DNA of 62,442 nt, the filler included. It is 7 parts of 7 records of this genome, joined end to end, with 100 filler letters (N's around TTAATTAATTAA, not from the genome) between each part and the next. Parts side by side here need not be neighbours in the genome. Positions count along the whole stretch, not along the records: positions 27,444 to 33,079 come from SRR20825006_2226; positions 33,180 to 41,714 come from SRR20825006_2227; 5 more parts are not named here. One strand, 5' to 3'. The notes below the pieces were generated by a model. That model was not told the origin of the DNA and searched no databases. It worked only from the letters and a program-made list of their open reading frames with translations. The position numbers and the translations under genes are program-made. This document shows positions 27,444-37,658 of the stretch, in pieces. How positions within the stretch are numbered: the first letter of the stretch is position 1; the number at the start of each line of letters is the position of its first letter.

Positions 27444-28360
27444 AATGCCGCCAGCAACGGCAGCCAGAGATTCGCCGCCGACACGGGAGAATAATCCGGA
27501 ACACTCCAATAATAATACGCCCCGTAGCTCGCATACATCAAAGGCACGGCCACGATCGACGGGCCGCGCCACGCTGATTTTAATTTCACCGCGACCGCCA
27601 TGGCCGCCAGCCCGAGGGCGGACCATAACACCACGCGATCCAGTCCGGCGTAGCACCCGGTGAGCGTCGTGCCGTAGCCCATCACTACCGCCAACGTCGC
27701 CGTGTTTTCCGAACGACGCCATAACGCGAACCCCGTGATAAAAGCCACCACGAGCAATTGCACCACCAGCGCGATCACCGGATCAGCGATCACCCTGGTC
27801 GCGGGAATCGCATGCGCCGCGACAGACGCAAAATAGAGCAAGGCCAGGCCCAAACCGACGACGAGACGTGCAAACTTCGGCACGGAACGTTCCAGCCAAA
27901 GCCCCGCCCCCCCTAAGGCCAAGGCCACGATAATCAACTCGCTCAATTTCACCCACGGCGTCGTATTGCGGGAAACATAGACCGCAAAAAACACCACGCC
28001 GATCACCGCCAGCAACGCGCCCAACCGTGTCGTCCACCAGGCCGCCAATCGCACCTCGACATTACCCCCATCGACCGGAGGCCAAAGGTTATGCTGCATC
28101 AACCAATCCCGCACCGATGGTTTTCTGGGAAGCGCGACCGGTTCGGCCAACCGAGGAGGCGTGGCCACGTCTGGAGCACTTACAATCGGCTCTACCGGTG
28201 GCGCAGCTGGTCGAGTGGACTCGAGAATCGGCGGCAACCCGACATCCGGGAGTTCGCTCGTTTCTAAGCGCGCCAGACTTTGCTTGGCTTCGGACAAATC
28301 GGCTTCGATTCGATCGATTTTACGGCGCAGGGCTTCTAGTTCGGGGTCAACGGGGTTCAT
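27444..28360 (-). CDS. DUF2339-like polytopic membrane protein, 3' truncated
   Basis: N-terminal coiled coil and Pro-rich linker, E.RLAAWW..RLG, many TM helices. Confidence 0.75.
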
Positions 28361-29022
28361 CGCTTTGTGTCAGATGAAGACCGATCTTTCGGTTTCCATT
28401 TCCTCAGATCATTGGCCAGCGCCCCGAAACCTCCGGGAAAATCCGCTTCGAGTCGACGCACATCATTCCCATGCCGCGACACTTCCTTCACGGAGCAAAC
28501 AATGGATTTTTTTAGAGAAGGCCGTGAAGTGCCGTAAACACGGCGTTTCAGTTCTGCCCGCGTATAAGGAAGCACCCCCTGTTCCTGCCCGATCCGCCAG
28601 GCTTCCTCAGTCACGGAATCATCCCGACCGCAAAGATACCATGCCTCAATCGCCGGCACAGCTAAACCAATGCAACGCATCACCCGCTTCCGTCCGTGAG
28701 CTGCGGGAAAACGCTTGGTGGTTTGCCGAAAGATGCTCCGCAATTCGCACAGCCGACACTGAGGGTGGAAATAGCCCTCCGCTTCGTGCTCAACCGTATG
28801 AACCACGCTATCATCACAATCCACCACCACGATCAGCGCATCCGTATCCGTGTTGAAATGCAGATGCCTGATAATCGGAGGCAACACTTGCGCCACATTG
28901 GGCCACCCCCGGGCCCGCAGATGCGGACGCACCCGTTTCACCTTTTGCCGTAACACGGCCTCCGCCAAGATCCGGATCCCCGCTTCATCCGCGGGTGATT
29001 CACTCAGCAGCGCAAGTTTCAT
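28357..29022 (-). CDS. TOPRIM-like (DUF4276-like) partner protein
   Basis: N-terminal LLSES.ADE, VVVDCD (DxD), PAIEAWY; CRLC motif. Confidence 0.6.
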   Translation of the reverse strand: MKLALLSESPADEAGIRILAEAVLRQKVKRVRPHLRARGWPNVAQVLPPIIRHLHFNTDTDALIVVVDCDDSVVHTVEHEAEGYFHPQCRLCELRSIFRQTTKRFPAAHGRKRVMRCIGLAVPAIEAWYLCGRDDSVTEEAWRIGQEQGVLPYTRAELKRRVYGTSRPSLKKSIVCSVKEVSRHGNDVRRLEADFPGGFGALANDLRKWKPKDRSSSDTKR

Positions 29023-30035
29023 GATTCTTCGGGCACGCCTCCCAGAATGCCACTAAACCAGATGTCGCCGAGCGAACCTTCCGCCATCAGATCAGCCAGA
29101 TCCTCTCGATCAGCAAGTGACTCGAATTGCGCGGCATTCCCCACTTTTTGTGAAATAACGACCTCCTCCGGATGATCGCGAAACAGATCCAGCAGATACG
29201 GCGAATGAGTCGTCGCAATCACTTGCACCTTCGCCCGCGTCTCCTCTTCGGGATAGCTCAACCGATAGAGCAAATCGCGCACCTCCCGCAACATCCGCGG
29301 GTGGATACCCCGGTCGATTTCCTCGATACAAACCACTGTCGGCGGAGTGGGATTCAGAGCCAAACACAGGATCCCCAGGAGGTAGAGCGTGCCTTGGGAT
29401 AAATCCGTTGAAACAACGTCACCACTGCCATCACTGAGAGGTAAGGCCACATCCAACATTGCCGCCGACGGCTCGACGATCTTGATACCGGAAAATTCGG
29501 GCATGATCCGCACCAGCTCGGACTCCAATTCGGCGAATGCTGCCGGATGCTCCGTCTGCATCACCGCCAAAACCGAAGCCAAATTCTTCCCATCGGAGGA
29601 GAGCTCCGCCGTATCAGCACGTTCGGAAGGTGCGGCCATCGCCCGGTGATCAAAATGAAACGCCCGGATCCCCGACAATTGGGACCGCAGTTGCGGCCAG
29701 TCTGGTGCATCGACGGGGTCCACCCTCAGCGCATCACATCGCAAATCCGAAATACAGGAAATCTCGGCGGCAATCGTTTCGTGCGGCGCGGTAAATTGAA
29801 ACGTGATGCGTGGACCTTCTGATCGTGACGACTCAGCTGACTCCGTCAGCACCTCCAGTTTCGACAGGGACCGCAATTGCAGCAGCGCCTGGATCAGACT
29901 GGTCTTTCCGCTGCCATTCGCACCGATCACTAAATTAAAAGCTCGCAGGGCAAGATGCGCGTTACGCAAGGCCTTGAAATTTTGAAAGTCCACGTAAGCG
30001 ATCACGGCCATCAGCATGAGCTTTATCTGCTGCAT
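29019..30035 (-). CDS. ABC-type/AAA_21 ATPase
   Basis: Walker A GANGSGKT, signature LSQG, Walker B CIEEID.GIHP, H-loop TTHSP. Confidence 0.9.
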   Translation of the reverse strand: MQQIKLMLMAVIAYVDFQNFKALRNAHLALRAFNLVIGANGSGKTSLIQALLQLRSLSKLEVLTESAESSRSEGPRITFQFTAPHETIAAEISCISDLRCDALRVDPVDAPDWPQLRSQLSGIRAFHFDHRAMAAPSERADTAELSSDGKNLASVLAVMQTEHPAAFAELESELVRIMPEFSGIKIVEPSAAMLDVALPLSDGSGDVVSTDLSQGTLYLLGILCLALNPTPPTVVCIEEIDRGIHPRMLREVRDLLYRLSYPEEETRAKVQVIATTHSPYLLDLFRDHPEEVVISQKVGNAAQFESLADREDLADLMAEGSLGDIWFSGILGGVPEES

Positions 30036-30065
30036 GCCAAGGTCTTCCGGACAGTCTATCGCGGA

Positions 30066-33000
30066 TTATCTACCTAGTAAGCGCTGCAGAAAGTCGTCCG
30101 CTCCGGTGCGCTCCATCGCAAGCCGGCGCAGGGCCGTTTCCAGTTCACTGGTATCAGGGCGCGCGAGGCTTCCTGCGATCTTCAGGGTCAGGGCACAGAG
30201 GGCATAGCCCAAATCGTCTTTCTCCTCTTTCAAGACACCCAGATAGCCAAAAGCAGCGCCGGTCTTTCCCCGCACTTTCATTTTCAATGAAAGGTGCAAA
30301 GGTTGCTCAAAAATATCCACGCCATCCTGCGCGGTGATTTTCCCATCCCCCGTTAATCGCACCTCCGGAGAAATCAGCGAAAAGTCCTTCAGAATCGTAT
30401 TCAGATTATCCATCCGATACACCGAAACATTGAGCTGATCATAAGGAATCGCCGTGAGCGTTTTCGAGAGTTCGGCGACTGCCTGTGACTTGCTCGCGAA
30501 ATTCTGCGTCTCTTTGCCTCCACCCACTACGTTGCCGATAAACGCGCCCAATGCCGCAATGCGTCCTGCATTTTCTACTTTCGCCGCTGCCTGCGGAGGA
30601 AGCACCCGAAACACCCCGCCGGTGCTCTTCAACTCAAGCTCACCCTGGGTGCGACGAACCAAGTCACCCGCGTTTTGTCCGGTCGCGGAAATCTGCGATT
30701 TAACATTGAAGACGCCTTCCACCTGCGGCGGGGCCCCCGGGCTCAATATTTGAAAAAGTGGTCCGGTTGCAAAATCGTTCACGACCATATCCGCCGCCAA
30801 CGTATAGGGATGGGTCGCGGTGGCATCAAAGTCCAGTTTGCCCTGAAAACTCATCGCGCTCTCCCTGCCCACCCCGGCACGGAGATCCTCCAATTTCAGC
30901 CCGACCGGGGATACTTTGATCACCCCGCCCACGTCACGCATTTCAAACGCATCAGTGTAGTGCAACACCTGCATGGCCAATTCGATTTCGCCGGCCAGGC
31001 CCGCCCAGAACGGACGTTCGTCCCGACCACTCAGGGAAACTTCCTGCTGTGTCGCGGCCGAAGTGCCGGCCACAACCGCGCTCAGCAGTTCCAGATCATC
31101 GAGCCAAACTTCACGCCCACTCAATTTAGCCTCCAGGTGCAGACCTTCCCCTTTCGGAGTAAACGTGCCCTGCAGGATCAAATCAGAGACGCGCGATTCA
31201 CGTGTAAAAGTGAGCGGCAAATTAAATCGCGTCTGCTTCGACCCATCAAACTGTGCGCGCAATTCCGCCATCATCGCAGGCAATTGCCCCGCTTCGGCGT
31301 TCACGAGATTATCGAGTGACACTTTGGCCTGAAGATCGCAGGTCTCCGCCCAAGAGCCCGAGAAATCCAATCGTAAGTTACCATCCTCCAAAAGCACCAC
31401 CCCATCAGCGATCGGTTGTTTGAGTAAAGCCGGCAAAACAACTTCGGCGTGTCCTGTGCCGAGAATTGGCGCGCTTTTCGCCGCCGCCTGCCCGGCTTTT
31501 AACGAGAGCGACAATAGTCGCTCCTTCCCTGCCATCACTTCAATTGAGGTGATCTCCGTCTGCCAACCACGAGCCGTGTATTCGGCGGTGAAATCACTGC
31601 GCAGGTTTAAACCCTGCACCAAATCACGCCCGTCTTTTTCCAGCCCGATTTCATCAACCAGCAGCGGCGCGATCATTTTGGCACGCACGCCGCCATCGCG
31701 GGCATTCGCGGTAAATTTTCCGGAAATACCTCCGCCCGACAGACGATACTCGGAGATCAATGGAGCCAGCCACGCCACGGGGAGACCCAGCAGATCCACT
31801 TCGACGAGATCCAGCTCGGGATTCGCCACCTTTAATTCACCCGAGGCGGTATTTAACTCGAAGGTCTGGATCGCCGAGAGTTTGAGCACCGGTTCATCCT
31901 GGGTTGCCTCGAGCGAAAAGGTGTTGATCCGGCTCACTTCGCCATTCTGCAACACATCGAATTCCGCGAAGATTTTCAACCGGCCCACTTCGCGTAATTC
32001 CGGAGCGAGCGCTTCCAACCGATTCGCCGAAGCATTGATCCGCCCCGCGGCCTGAAATTCGCGAAAACCGATATCCGTTTCAAACATACCCGCCCCCACC
32101 GCATCAAATGTCGGGATCGGGTGTCCCAGCAAAAACGGTGTGATGTCAGTATCGCGCACATCCAACCGCCAGACACCACCCAGATGCTCGGAATCAGCCG
32201 GGAAATTCGCCTGCACATCCACGAGACGTTTGCCCACCGATTGCACGGTAAACGTATAATTCTCGCCACCTTTCACATTCGCCGCATCGGCCTGCACCGT
32301 GAGTTGCACCCCTTGCGGGAAAGCCGCCCCTCTCGCCTGTGCGTTCACGACCGAGGAAACATTCGCGAAAGTGCGCGGCGTATCCATCACCGCGTTCAAC
32401 GTGCCTCGCATCGCAATCGTCTGCACCTGCGCGCCCACCTCATCGGTTTCGACCATGGCGGTCAGATCGAAAGCTCCTTCCCGACCAGCCGCAAATCCAC
32501 CGCCGACCAAAGTCACTTGAATCGTCACCGGATGCTCTCCCGGACCCGCCAACATCATCACCTCCCCCTCCAAAACCACCCCATCTAGCGAAACATCCAC
32601 AGGCAACTGCAGCTGCGATAACACGCCGCTAAAGATCATTTGCGCTACCGGTTGTGCTTGCGCGGCATACGCGGTTGACAGCAGGGAAATCGAAGGCGTG
32701 CGCGTCGGCCCCCAGGCCTGCACGATCTGCGCCGGACGATATTGGGTTAAATCCAGCGTCCACCCTCGCGCGACCAGCTTGCTCACCGCCACATTCCGTT
32801 TCCACGCCGCCGGCCACAGCGCAATCTCCGCTTCCAACTGAGGCAGGGTGAGCACGCCACCCTCATAATCGGCGCGGACATTCCGCATTTCGATTTGCCG
32901 CAACCCCACGGAGACCCGATCCACCGCCAGGGTTATTTCCGAATGTGATCCGGCGACCTGACGGACCACCCAGGTTTGCACGGACGACGTGAATGCCAAG

Positions 33001-33068
33001 CCCAACAGCAACAGCACCCCTCCGGCCATGATCGCCGTCAGAGTGATAATTTTGCGAGAGGTAGTCAT
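30066..33068 (-). CDS. Large envelope protein, AsmA/TamB-like
   Basis: N-terminal TM anchor, beta-rich body, C-terminal L.G.G.I...LKIAGSLARPD. Confidence 0.6.
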   Translation of the reverse strand: MTTSRKIITLTAIMAGGVLLLLGLAFTSSVQTWVVRQVAGSHSEITLAVDRVSVGLRQIEMRNVRADYEGGVLTLPQLEAEIALWPAAWKRNVAVSKLVARGWTLDLTQYRPAQIVQAWGPTRTPSISLLSTAYAAQAQPVAQMIFSGVLSQLQLPVDVSLDGVVLEGEVMMLAGPGEHPVTIQVTLVGGGFAAGREGAFDLTAMVETDEVGAQVQTIAMRGTLNAVMDTPRTFANVSSVVNAQARGAAFPQGVQLTVQADAANVKGGENYTFTVQSVGKRLVDVQANFPADSEHLGGVWRLDVRDTDITPFLLGHPIPTFDAVGAGMFETDIGFREFQAAGRINASANRLEALAPELREVGRLKIFAEFDVLQNGEVSRINTFSLEATQDEPVLKLSAIQTFELNTASGELKVANPELDLVEVDLLGLPVAWLAPLISEYRLSGGGISGKFTANARDGGVRAKMIAPLLVDEIGLEKDGRDLVQGLNLRSDFTAEYTARGWQTEITSIEVMAGKERLLSLSLKAGQAAAKSAPILGTGHAEVVLPALLKQPIADGVVLLEDGNLRLDFSGSWAETCDLQAKVSLDNLVNAEAGQLPAMMAELRAQFDGSKQTRFNLPLTFTRESRVSDLILQGTFTPKGEGLHLEAKLSGREVWLDDLELLSAVVAGTSAATQQEVSLSGRDERPFWAGLAGEIELAMQVLHYTDAFEMRDVGGVIKVSPVGLKLEDLRAGVGRESAMSFQGKLDFDATATHPYTLAADMVVNDFATGPLFQILSPGAPPQVEGVFNVKSQISATGQNAGDLVRRTQGELELKSTGGVFRVLPPQAAAKVENAGRIAALGAFIGNVVGGGKETQNFASKSQAVAELSKTLTAIPYDQLNVSVYRMDNLNTILKDFSLISPEVRLTGDGKITAQDGVDIFEQPLHLSLKMKVRGKTGAAFGYLGVLKEEKDDLGYALCALTLKIAGSLARPDTSELETALRRLAMERTGADDFLQRLLGR

Positions 33069-33079
33069 GGATATAAGGG

Positions 33080-33179
33080 NNNNNNNNNNNNNNNNNNNNN
33101 NNNNNNNNNNNNNNNNNNNNNNNTTAATTAATTAANNNNNNNNNNNNNNNNNNNNNNNNNNNNNNNNNNNNNNNNNNNN
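33080..33179. other. Artificial contig linker
   Basis: 44 N + TTAATTAATTAA + 44 N. Confidence 0.99.
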
Positions 33180-33463
33180 AGCCTCAAGATGATTGTCCAC
33201 AGGCCCTAGCCGATTAAAATGACTTGTCGGCAAAACTTGACCCACTTCACGGTGCTTTTGATTGACAGCAAGACGTGTTTGGGCGCTGAATAGGGTATGG
33301 CAAAAGCACTTTTTGAGACTGCTGTGACCTGCGCCTTGAGCAATCAAGCGACGATACTGCATCTCTTTGCTTTGCCTTTTCCCGAGACCCAAAACTAGGC
33401 CCCGTGGCGGGCCCCGTGCGGCCTGTCGCCCCCAGTCCGGGTCCCTAACCGTGAGGAGAGAAA

Positions 33464-34027
33464 ATGCGTTACCAAATCAGCGGCAAACAGATCGACATCG
33501 GCGCAGCACTGCAAACACATGTTCAGACAGAGCTGGGCGCGGCAGTCGGAAAATACGCCGACCGCCCGACAGATGCGCAGGTGGTGTTCTCGAAATCCGG
33601 TCACGAATTTGTCTGCGAGGCGACGGTTCATCTGTCCACGGGCCTGAACGCCACGGCCAAGGCACGCGGCACCGAAATCTATGCCGCATTTGAAGCCTGC
33701 TGTGAAAAAATGGAAAAACAGTTGCGCCGCTACAAGCGTCGCCTGAAGGACCACCACAAGGAACGCCCCCAGCCGGTTGAACTCTTCGGCGCTTCCTCCT
33801 ATATCCTCGCCTCCGAGGTAGATGACACATTGCCTGAACCGGATTCGCTGCAACCGATCATCGTGGCGGAGATGGAAACCAAGATACAGTCGCTAAGTGT
33901 TGGCGAGGCCGTTATGCAGATGGAGTTGGCGGGTGCGCCGGTTCTTGTGTTTCGGAAAGAAGGACAAGATGGGTTGAACGTCGTGTATCGCCGCGAAGAC
34001 GGCAATATCGGCTGGATCGATCCATAA
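33464..34027 (+). CDS. hpf: Ribosome hibernation promoting factor (long HPF/RaiA)
   Basis: ISGKQIDIG.AL, KQLRRYKRRLKDHH, NVVYRR.DGNIGWIDP. Confidence 0.95.
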   Translation: MRYQISGKQIDIGAALQTHVQTELGAAVGKYADRPTDAQVVFSKSGHEFVCEATVHLSTGLNATAKARGTEIYAAFEACCEKMEKQLRRYKRRLKDHHKERPQPVELFGASSYILASEVDDTLPEPDSLQPIIVAEMETKIQSLSVGEAVMQMELAGAPVLVFRKEGQDGLNVVYRREDGNIGWIDP

Positions 34028-34068
34028 GGATTTAACGGCGCCCAGGCGCCAGAGCAGTGCGAGCCAAA

Positions 34069-34533
34069 ATGGAATTTGCAAAGCTTCTCAAGCCGGAGGC
34101 CGTGAAGGTTTTAACCTCGGCCTCCAGCAAGAAACGTCTGTTGCACGAGATCTCTGATCTCGCGCACAGCGCCTATGGCTTGAATGCAAGCCACGTGAAC
34201 GAGGCGCTGATGGCCCGCGAAGCGCTGGGACCCACCGGCGTGGGCCGTGGCGTTGCCCTGCCCCATGCGCGGCTGGACGGCGTGAACGAAGTCATCGGCG
34301 TTTTCGTGGTGCTGGACAAACCCATCGACTTTAATGCGGTAGACCGCCTGCCCGTCGATCTCGCCTTTGCGCTGTTTGCCCCCGAAGATGCCGGGGTCGA
34401 GCATCTCAAGGCGCTGGCGCTGGTGTCACGCACCCTGCGCAACACGTCGATCTGCACCAAGCTGCGGGCGAACCACGACGCCAGCACGCTGTACACGATC
34501 CTGTCCGAAGCGCAGTCGGCCCAAGCGGCCTAA
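34069..34533 (+). CDS. ptsN: PTS IIA(Ntr) nitrogen-regulatory protein
   Basis: RE.LGPTGVG.GVALPHAR, HLKALA; follows hpf. Confidence 0.92.
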   Translation: MEFAKLLKPEAVKVLTSASSKKRLLHEISDLAHSAYGLNASHVNEALMAREALGPTGVGRGVALPHARLDGVNEVIGVFVVLDKPIDFNAVDRLPVDLAFALFAPEDAGVEHLKALALVSRTLRNTSICTKLRANHDASTLYTILSEAQSAQAA

Positions 34534-35957
34534 GCCCAGCGCGAAAATCCGAACATCATGTAATCGCGCTGGTAAACATCACTGACCAGCGATTCGATGC
34601 TGTCGTCATAGATGTCTTTCAGCGTGAAAGGCCCCGGCTCGGACACCGGTGGCAGTTGCGGTACGTTTTCCACACCGATCTGCGCGGCGATATCGGCCAG
34701 TTCGACCTGAAGGTTCTCTTCACGGATGATCCGGTCGGGCAATACAAAATCGCCAAAACCCTGCACCGCCTGTGTCTGCGTGCACCATGCCGCATCAACG
34801 CGAATCGCGGTCTGGCCTGCAAGGTTGCCCTTGAGAAACTCCAGAAACGCAGTGAACGCACGGTGATGGGCCGCGCGGTCATAGCTGGCGCCTGGTGCCT
34901 CTTGTGGGATCGGCAGGGCATAGCGGCGGATCAGCGTCTGGCGCAGGGCGTCATAGCAGTCAGGCCCCGGGTTCAGGATGCGGTGGCAGAACGCATGATG
35001 CGCCCGCGCCGCCGGATGGCGCAGCACGGTAAAGCTGCGGTGCCCACGATTGCGGCGCTTCCACTGGCGCAGGTCCTTCTGGCTCATCTTGTGCAGCAGT
35101 TCGTCCGCCCCCACACCGTCCAGCGCCGCCATCCAGTCGTAAATCTGATCCTCCGGGCCGCTGCGCATCGGCAGGTACAGCAACGGGGACTTGGCGGCGG
35201 CCACATAGGTCGGAATCACCGCCCCGCGCCGCGGCTCGAAATTGGGCGTGCGGGTCAGGTTGAAACGGTCCAGCCGGTTCAACGCCTGCGCCATCTCATC
35301 CGCATTGGTCACCTTTTCGGTGATCGGACTGGGGTTTTGCTTTTTCAGGCTCTTGTCCAGCCCCTCAAGTCGGCTGTCGACGCCCAGATAAGCCGCGAGC
35401 CCATTCATCACCTCGACGCTTTGCAGGTCTTCGTAGGCCACGTAGAATGCGGTTTGCCCCGACACCTGCAAGCGGTTCATCAGTAGAACCTGAAAGCTTT
35501 GCAGCGCCTCGAGATGGGCCTCGAATTCGGTCGCGTCAAATTCCGCGGCACCTTCCTTGCGCCGTTTGACATCCGTCAGCTTCCACTGCCCCGTTGCCTG
35601 CGCGATCTTCCATGACACATAGCTGTCGACCGGATTGCGGGTCAGCACGATCTTGGCGCATTTGGGGTCATCCACGATTGCATCGAACACGCGCGCATCG
35701 TGGTCGTGGAAATAACGAAAGCCGCCCAAACCATCGGTCTGCTTGCGGATCACTTTAAGGAACCCCTTGGGGTCGGCATCACGCGAGGCCTGGGTCACGC
35801 CCAGAATCTCGGTCACATTGGGATAGCCGATGAAATGCGGATTGAACGCCTCACCGTGGCAGGTGATCCCGTCAAAGGCATTCAGGTTGGTTTCCAGAAA
35901 ATTTGAGCCGGTGCGCATCTCGGCGAACACCACGAAACAATCGAATTTCTGCGCCAT
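34530..35957 (-). CDS. NodH-like sulfotransferase with two sulfotransferase-like domains
   Basis: PAPS-binding MRTGSNFLE, LTRNPVDSYVS, YEDL; second domain FTVLRHP. Confidence 0.75.
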   Translation of the reverse strand: MAQKFDCFVVFAEMRTGSNFLETNLNAFDGITCHGEAFNPHFIGYPNVTEILGVTQASRDADPKGFLKVIRKQTDGLGGFRYFHDHDARVFDAIVDDPKCAKIVLTRNPVDSYVSWKIAQATGQWKLTDVKRRKEGAAEFDATEFEAHLEALQSFQVLLMNRLQVSGQTAFYVAYEDLQSVEVMNGLAAYLGVDSRLEGLDKSLKKQNPSPITEKVTNADEMAQALNRLDRFNLTRTPNFEPRRGAVIPTYVAAAKSPLLYLPMRSGPEDQIYDWMAALDGVGADELLHKMSQKDLRQWKRRNRGHRSFTVLRHPAARAHHAFCHRILNPGPDCYDALRQTLIRRYALPIPQEAPGASYDRAAHHRAFTAFLEFLKGNLAGQTAIRVDAAWCTQTQAVQGFGDFVLPDRIIREENLQVELADIAAQIGVENVPQLPPVSEPGPFTLKDIYDDSIESLVSDVYQRDYMMFGFSRWA

Positions 35958-35960
35958 CTT

Positions 35961-37658
35961 TTATCTTACCAAATAGGGTTTTCGCGGCGCTTCAGACTGC
36001 ATTTCAATGCCGCGTTCGACGGGGAAATCCCCCATCAGATAGGGGTGCATCCCTTGGTTCTTCAGGTTTTGCAAGAATTGGCCAAAGCCGCTTAGGTCGA
36101 CCATCTTTGGCACTTCGGACAGCCGGCGCTGTTGAGAGGGGCCGATCTCGTCCAGAATACCCTGAAGCGGCTCCATCGGAGCCTCGATAAACTCGGCCAT
36201 CATCCAGATGCGCACCCGCGCCTTGGTATAGGGCGACCGCAGCACGTTCAGAAAATCGCTTTCGATCTTCTGCATCGCCGCCGCCTCTTTGCGAATGTCC
36301 AGAAAGTTGCGGTTCGACCGGAACAGCGGCACCGCCCATGCGCCACTGATCACCGAAATCTGGGCGTTGGGGTCTTTGGCCATGCGCCAGTTGATCGTCT
36401 GGTTGTCCGCCGGCCCAAACTGAAAACACTGCCGTTCGCCGCGCGTGTTCCAGATCAGGTTGGTCAAGAACGCCGCCGCGTTATAGTCGCGCAGCTTCGG
36501 TGCCTCGCTCAGCGCGCCGTGGATCGTGGTTTGCCCTTCGGCGAAATGGGCGCGATCCGGGGCGAACAGATGCCCATGCACCCGCGCGCCGGTGGCCTTG
36601 GCCAGCCACGGATCAAAATTCTCGAACACTTCGGAGAAGCCGCAGAACACCGAATAGGGTGCTGCCGTCACGCCATTTTCCCAGTCCTCGTTGGGAAACC
36701 GGCTTTGCATATACAGGCCTGGCCGCCCGCGTGTCCGCCGGTCCACCGCCTTGGCAAAGATGCGGTCGATCTTGCCGGGGTTCGGCTCGGTCCGTTTCAT
36801 GGCACCGGCGGGATCGGTCAGAAATGCCTCGTACAGGCGGTCGGCATAGGGCCAGATCTTGCGGGCCACGAAACAGTCGGAGCGGCGCAGCAGTTGCAGG
36901 TGGTCATCGTAGAAAATATGCGGCTTGCCCTGAAAATCGAACTTGGACAGGGTCAGCGACCGGCTTTCGATCTTGATCGCATATTGCCGGGCAAGGGTCT
37001 GGAAATAGCTTTCGTCGGGAATCCAGACCTGACGGAAATAGCGATCGTATTCGGCGCGGTCCGGGTCTTGGAGGATTGCCGACAGGGTTTGGCGCGTCAG
37101 GCACCACCACTGCGACCCCATATGTGGCGTCAGCCCGTTGGGGATCTTGCGCCGCAACCGCAGCTTGCGCTGCAACTCGACGTATTTGTCGAACAGGAAA
37201 CGGTTGCGCTTCCACGAAAAGGGAAACCGCAGGGTGAACCGTTCGTGATCCAGCCCGCCAACAGTCCAGGGCACATCGGCGGTTGTGGCGCTTTCGATGA
37301 AATCGGTCTGCGGGCGCGCCTCGAGGTATTCGATCAGCTCTTCAACCGGGCGCAACGGCAGGCACGAGCCCGACGCCAGATAGACATGGCGCACCTGGCG
37401 GAACCGCTCCAGCATCAGCTCGGACGCGGCCTGTGACGCGGCAACGATGCCCCACGTGCCCCATTCACAGCGATATCGCGTGCTGAACTCGACAGATTTC
37501 ACATCAGAGAGGGACGCCTTGAACCGTTCATAGGTGGCACGTGGCACGCCCTTGTCGACGTGGATCACCACCGGACAACCCGCCGCCGCCCAATGCCGGG
37601 CAGCCTGTTCGGCACGGCCAAGTGCGGTGTGCACCAGCATGATGATCCCGACGCTCAC
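35961..37658 (-). CDS. Core-2/I-branching (GT14-like) glycosyltransferase
   Basis: IHVD, LASGSCLPLR, GSQWW.LTR, IPDESYFQT, FVARK. Confidence 0.85.
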   Translation of the reverse strand: MSVGIIMLVHTALGRAEQAARHWAAAGCPVVIHVDKGVPRATYERFKASLSDVKSVEFSTRYRCEWGTWGIVAASQAASELMLERFRQVRHVYLASGSCLPLRPVEELIEYLEARPQTDFIESATTADVPWTVGGLDHERFTLRFPFSWKRNRFLFDKYVELQRKLRLRRKIPNGLTPHMGSQWWCLTRQTLSAILQDPDRAEYDRYFRQVWIPDESYFQTLARQYAIKIESRSLTLSKFDFQGKPHIFYDDHLQLLRRSDCFVARKIWPYADRLYEAFLTDPAGAMKRTEPNPGKIDRIFAKAVDRRTRGRPGLYMQSRFPNEDWENGVTAAPYSVFCGFSEVFENFDPWLAKATGARVHGHLFAPDRAHFAEGQTTIHGALSEAPKLRDYNAAAFLTNLIWNTRGERQCFQFGPADNQTINWRMAKDPNAQISVISGAWAVPLFRSNRNFLDIRKEAAAMQKIESDFLNVLRSPYTKARVRIWMMAEFIEAPMEPLQGILDEIGPSQQRRLSEVPKMVDLSGFGQFLQNLKNQGMHPYLMGDFPVERGIEMQSEAPRKPYLVR

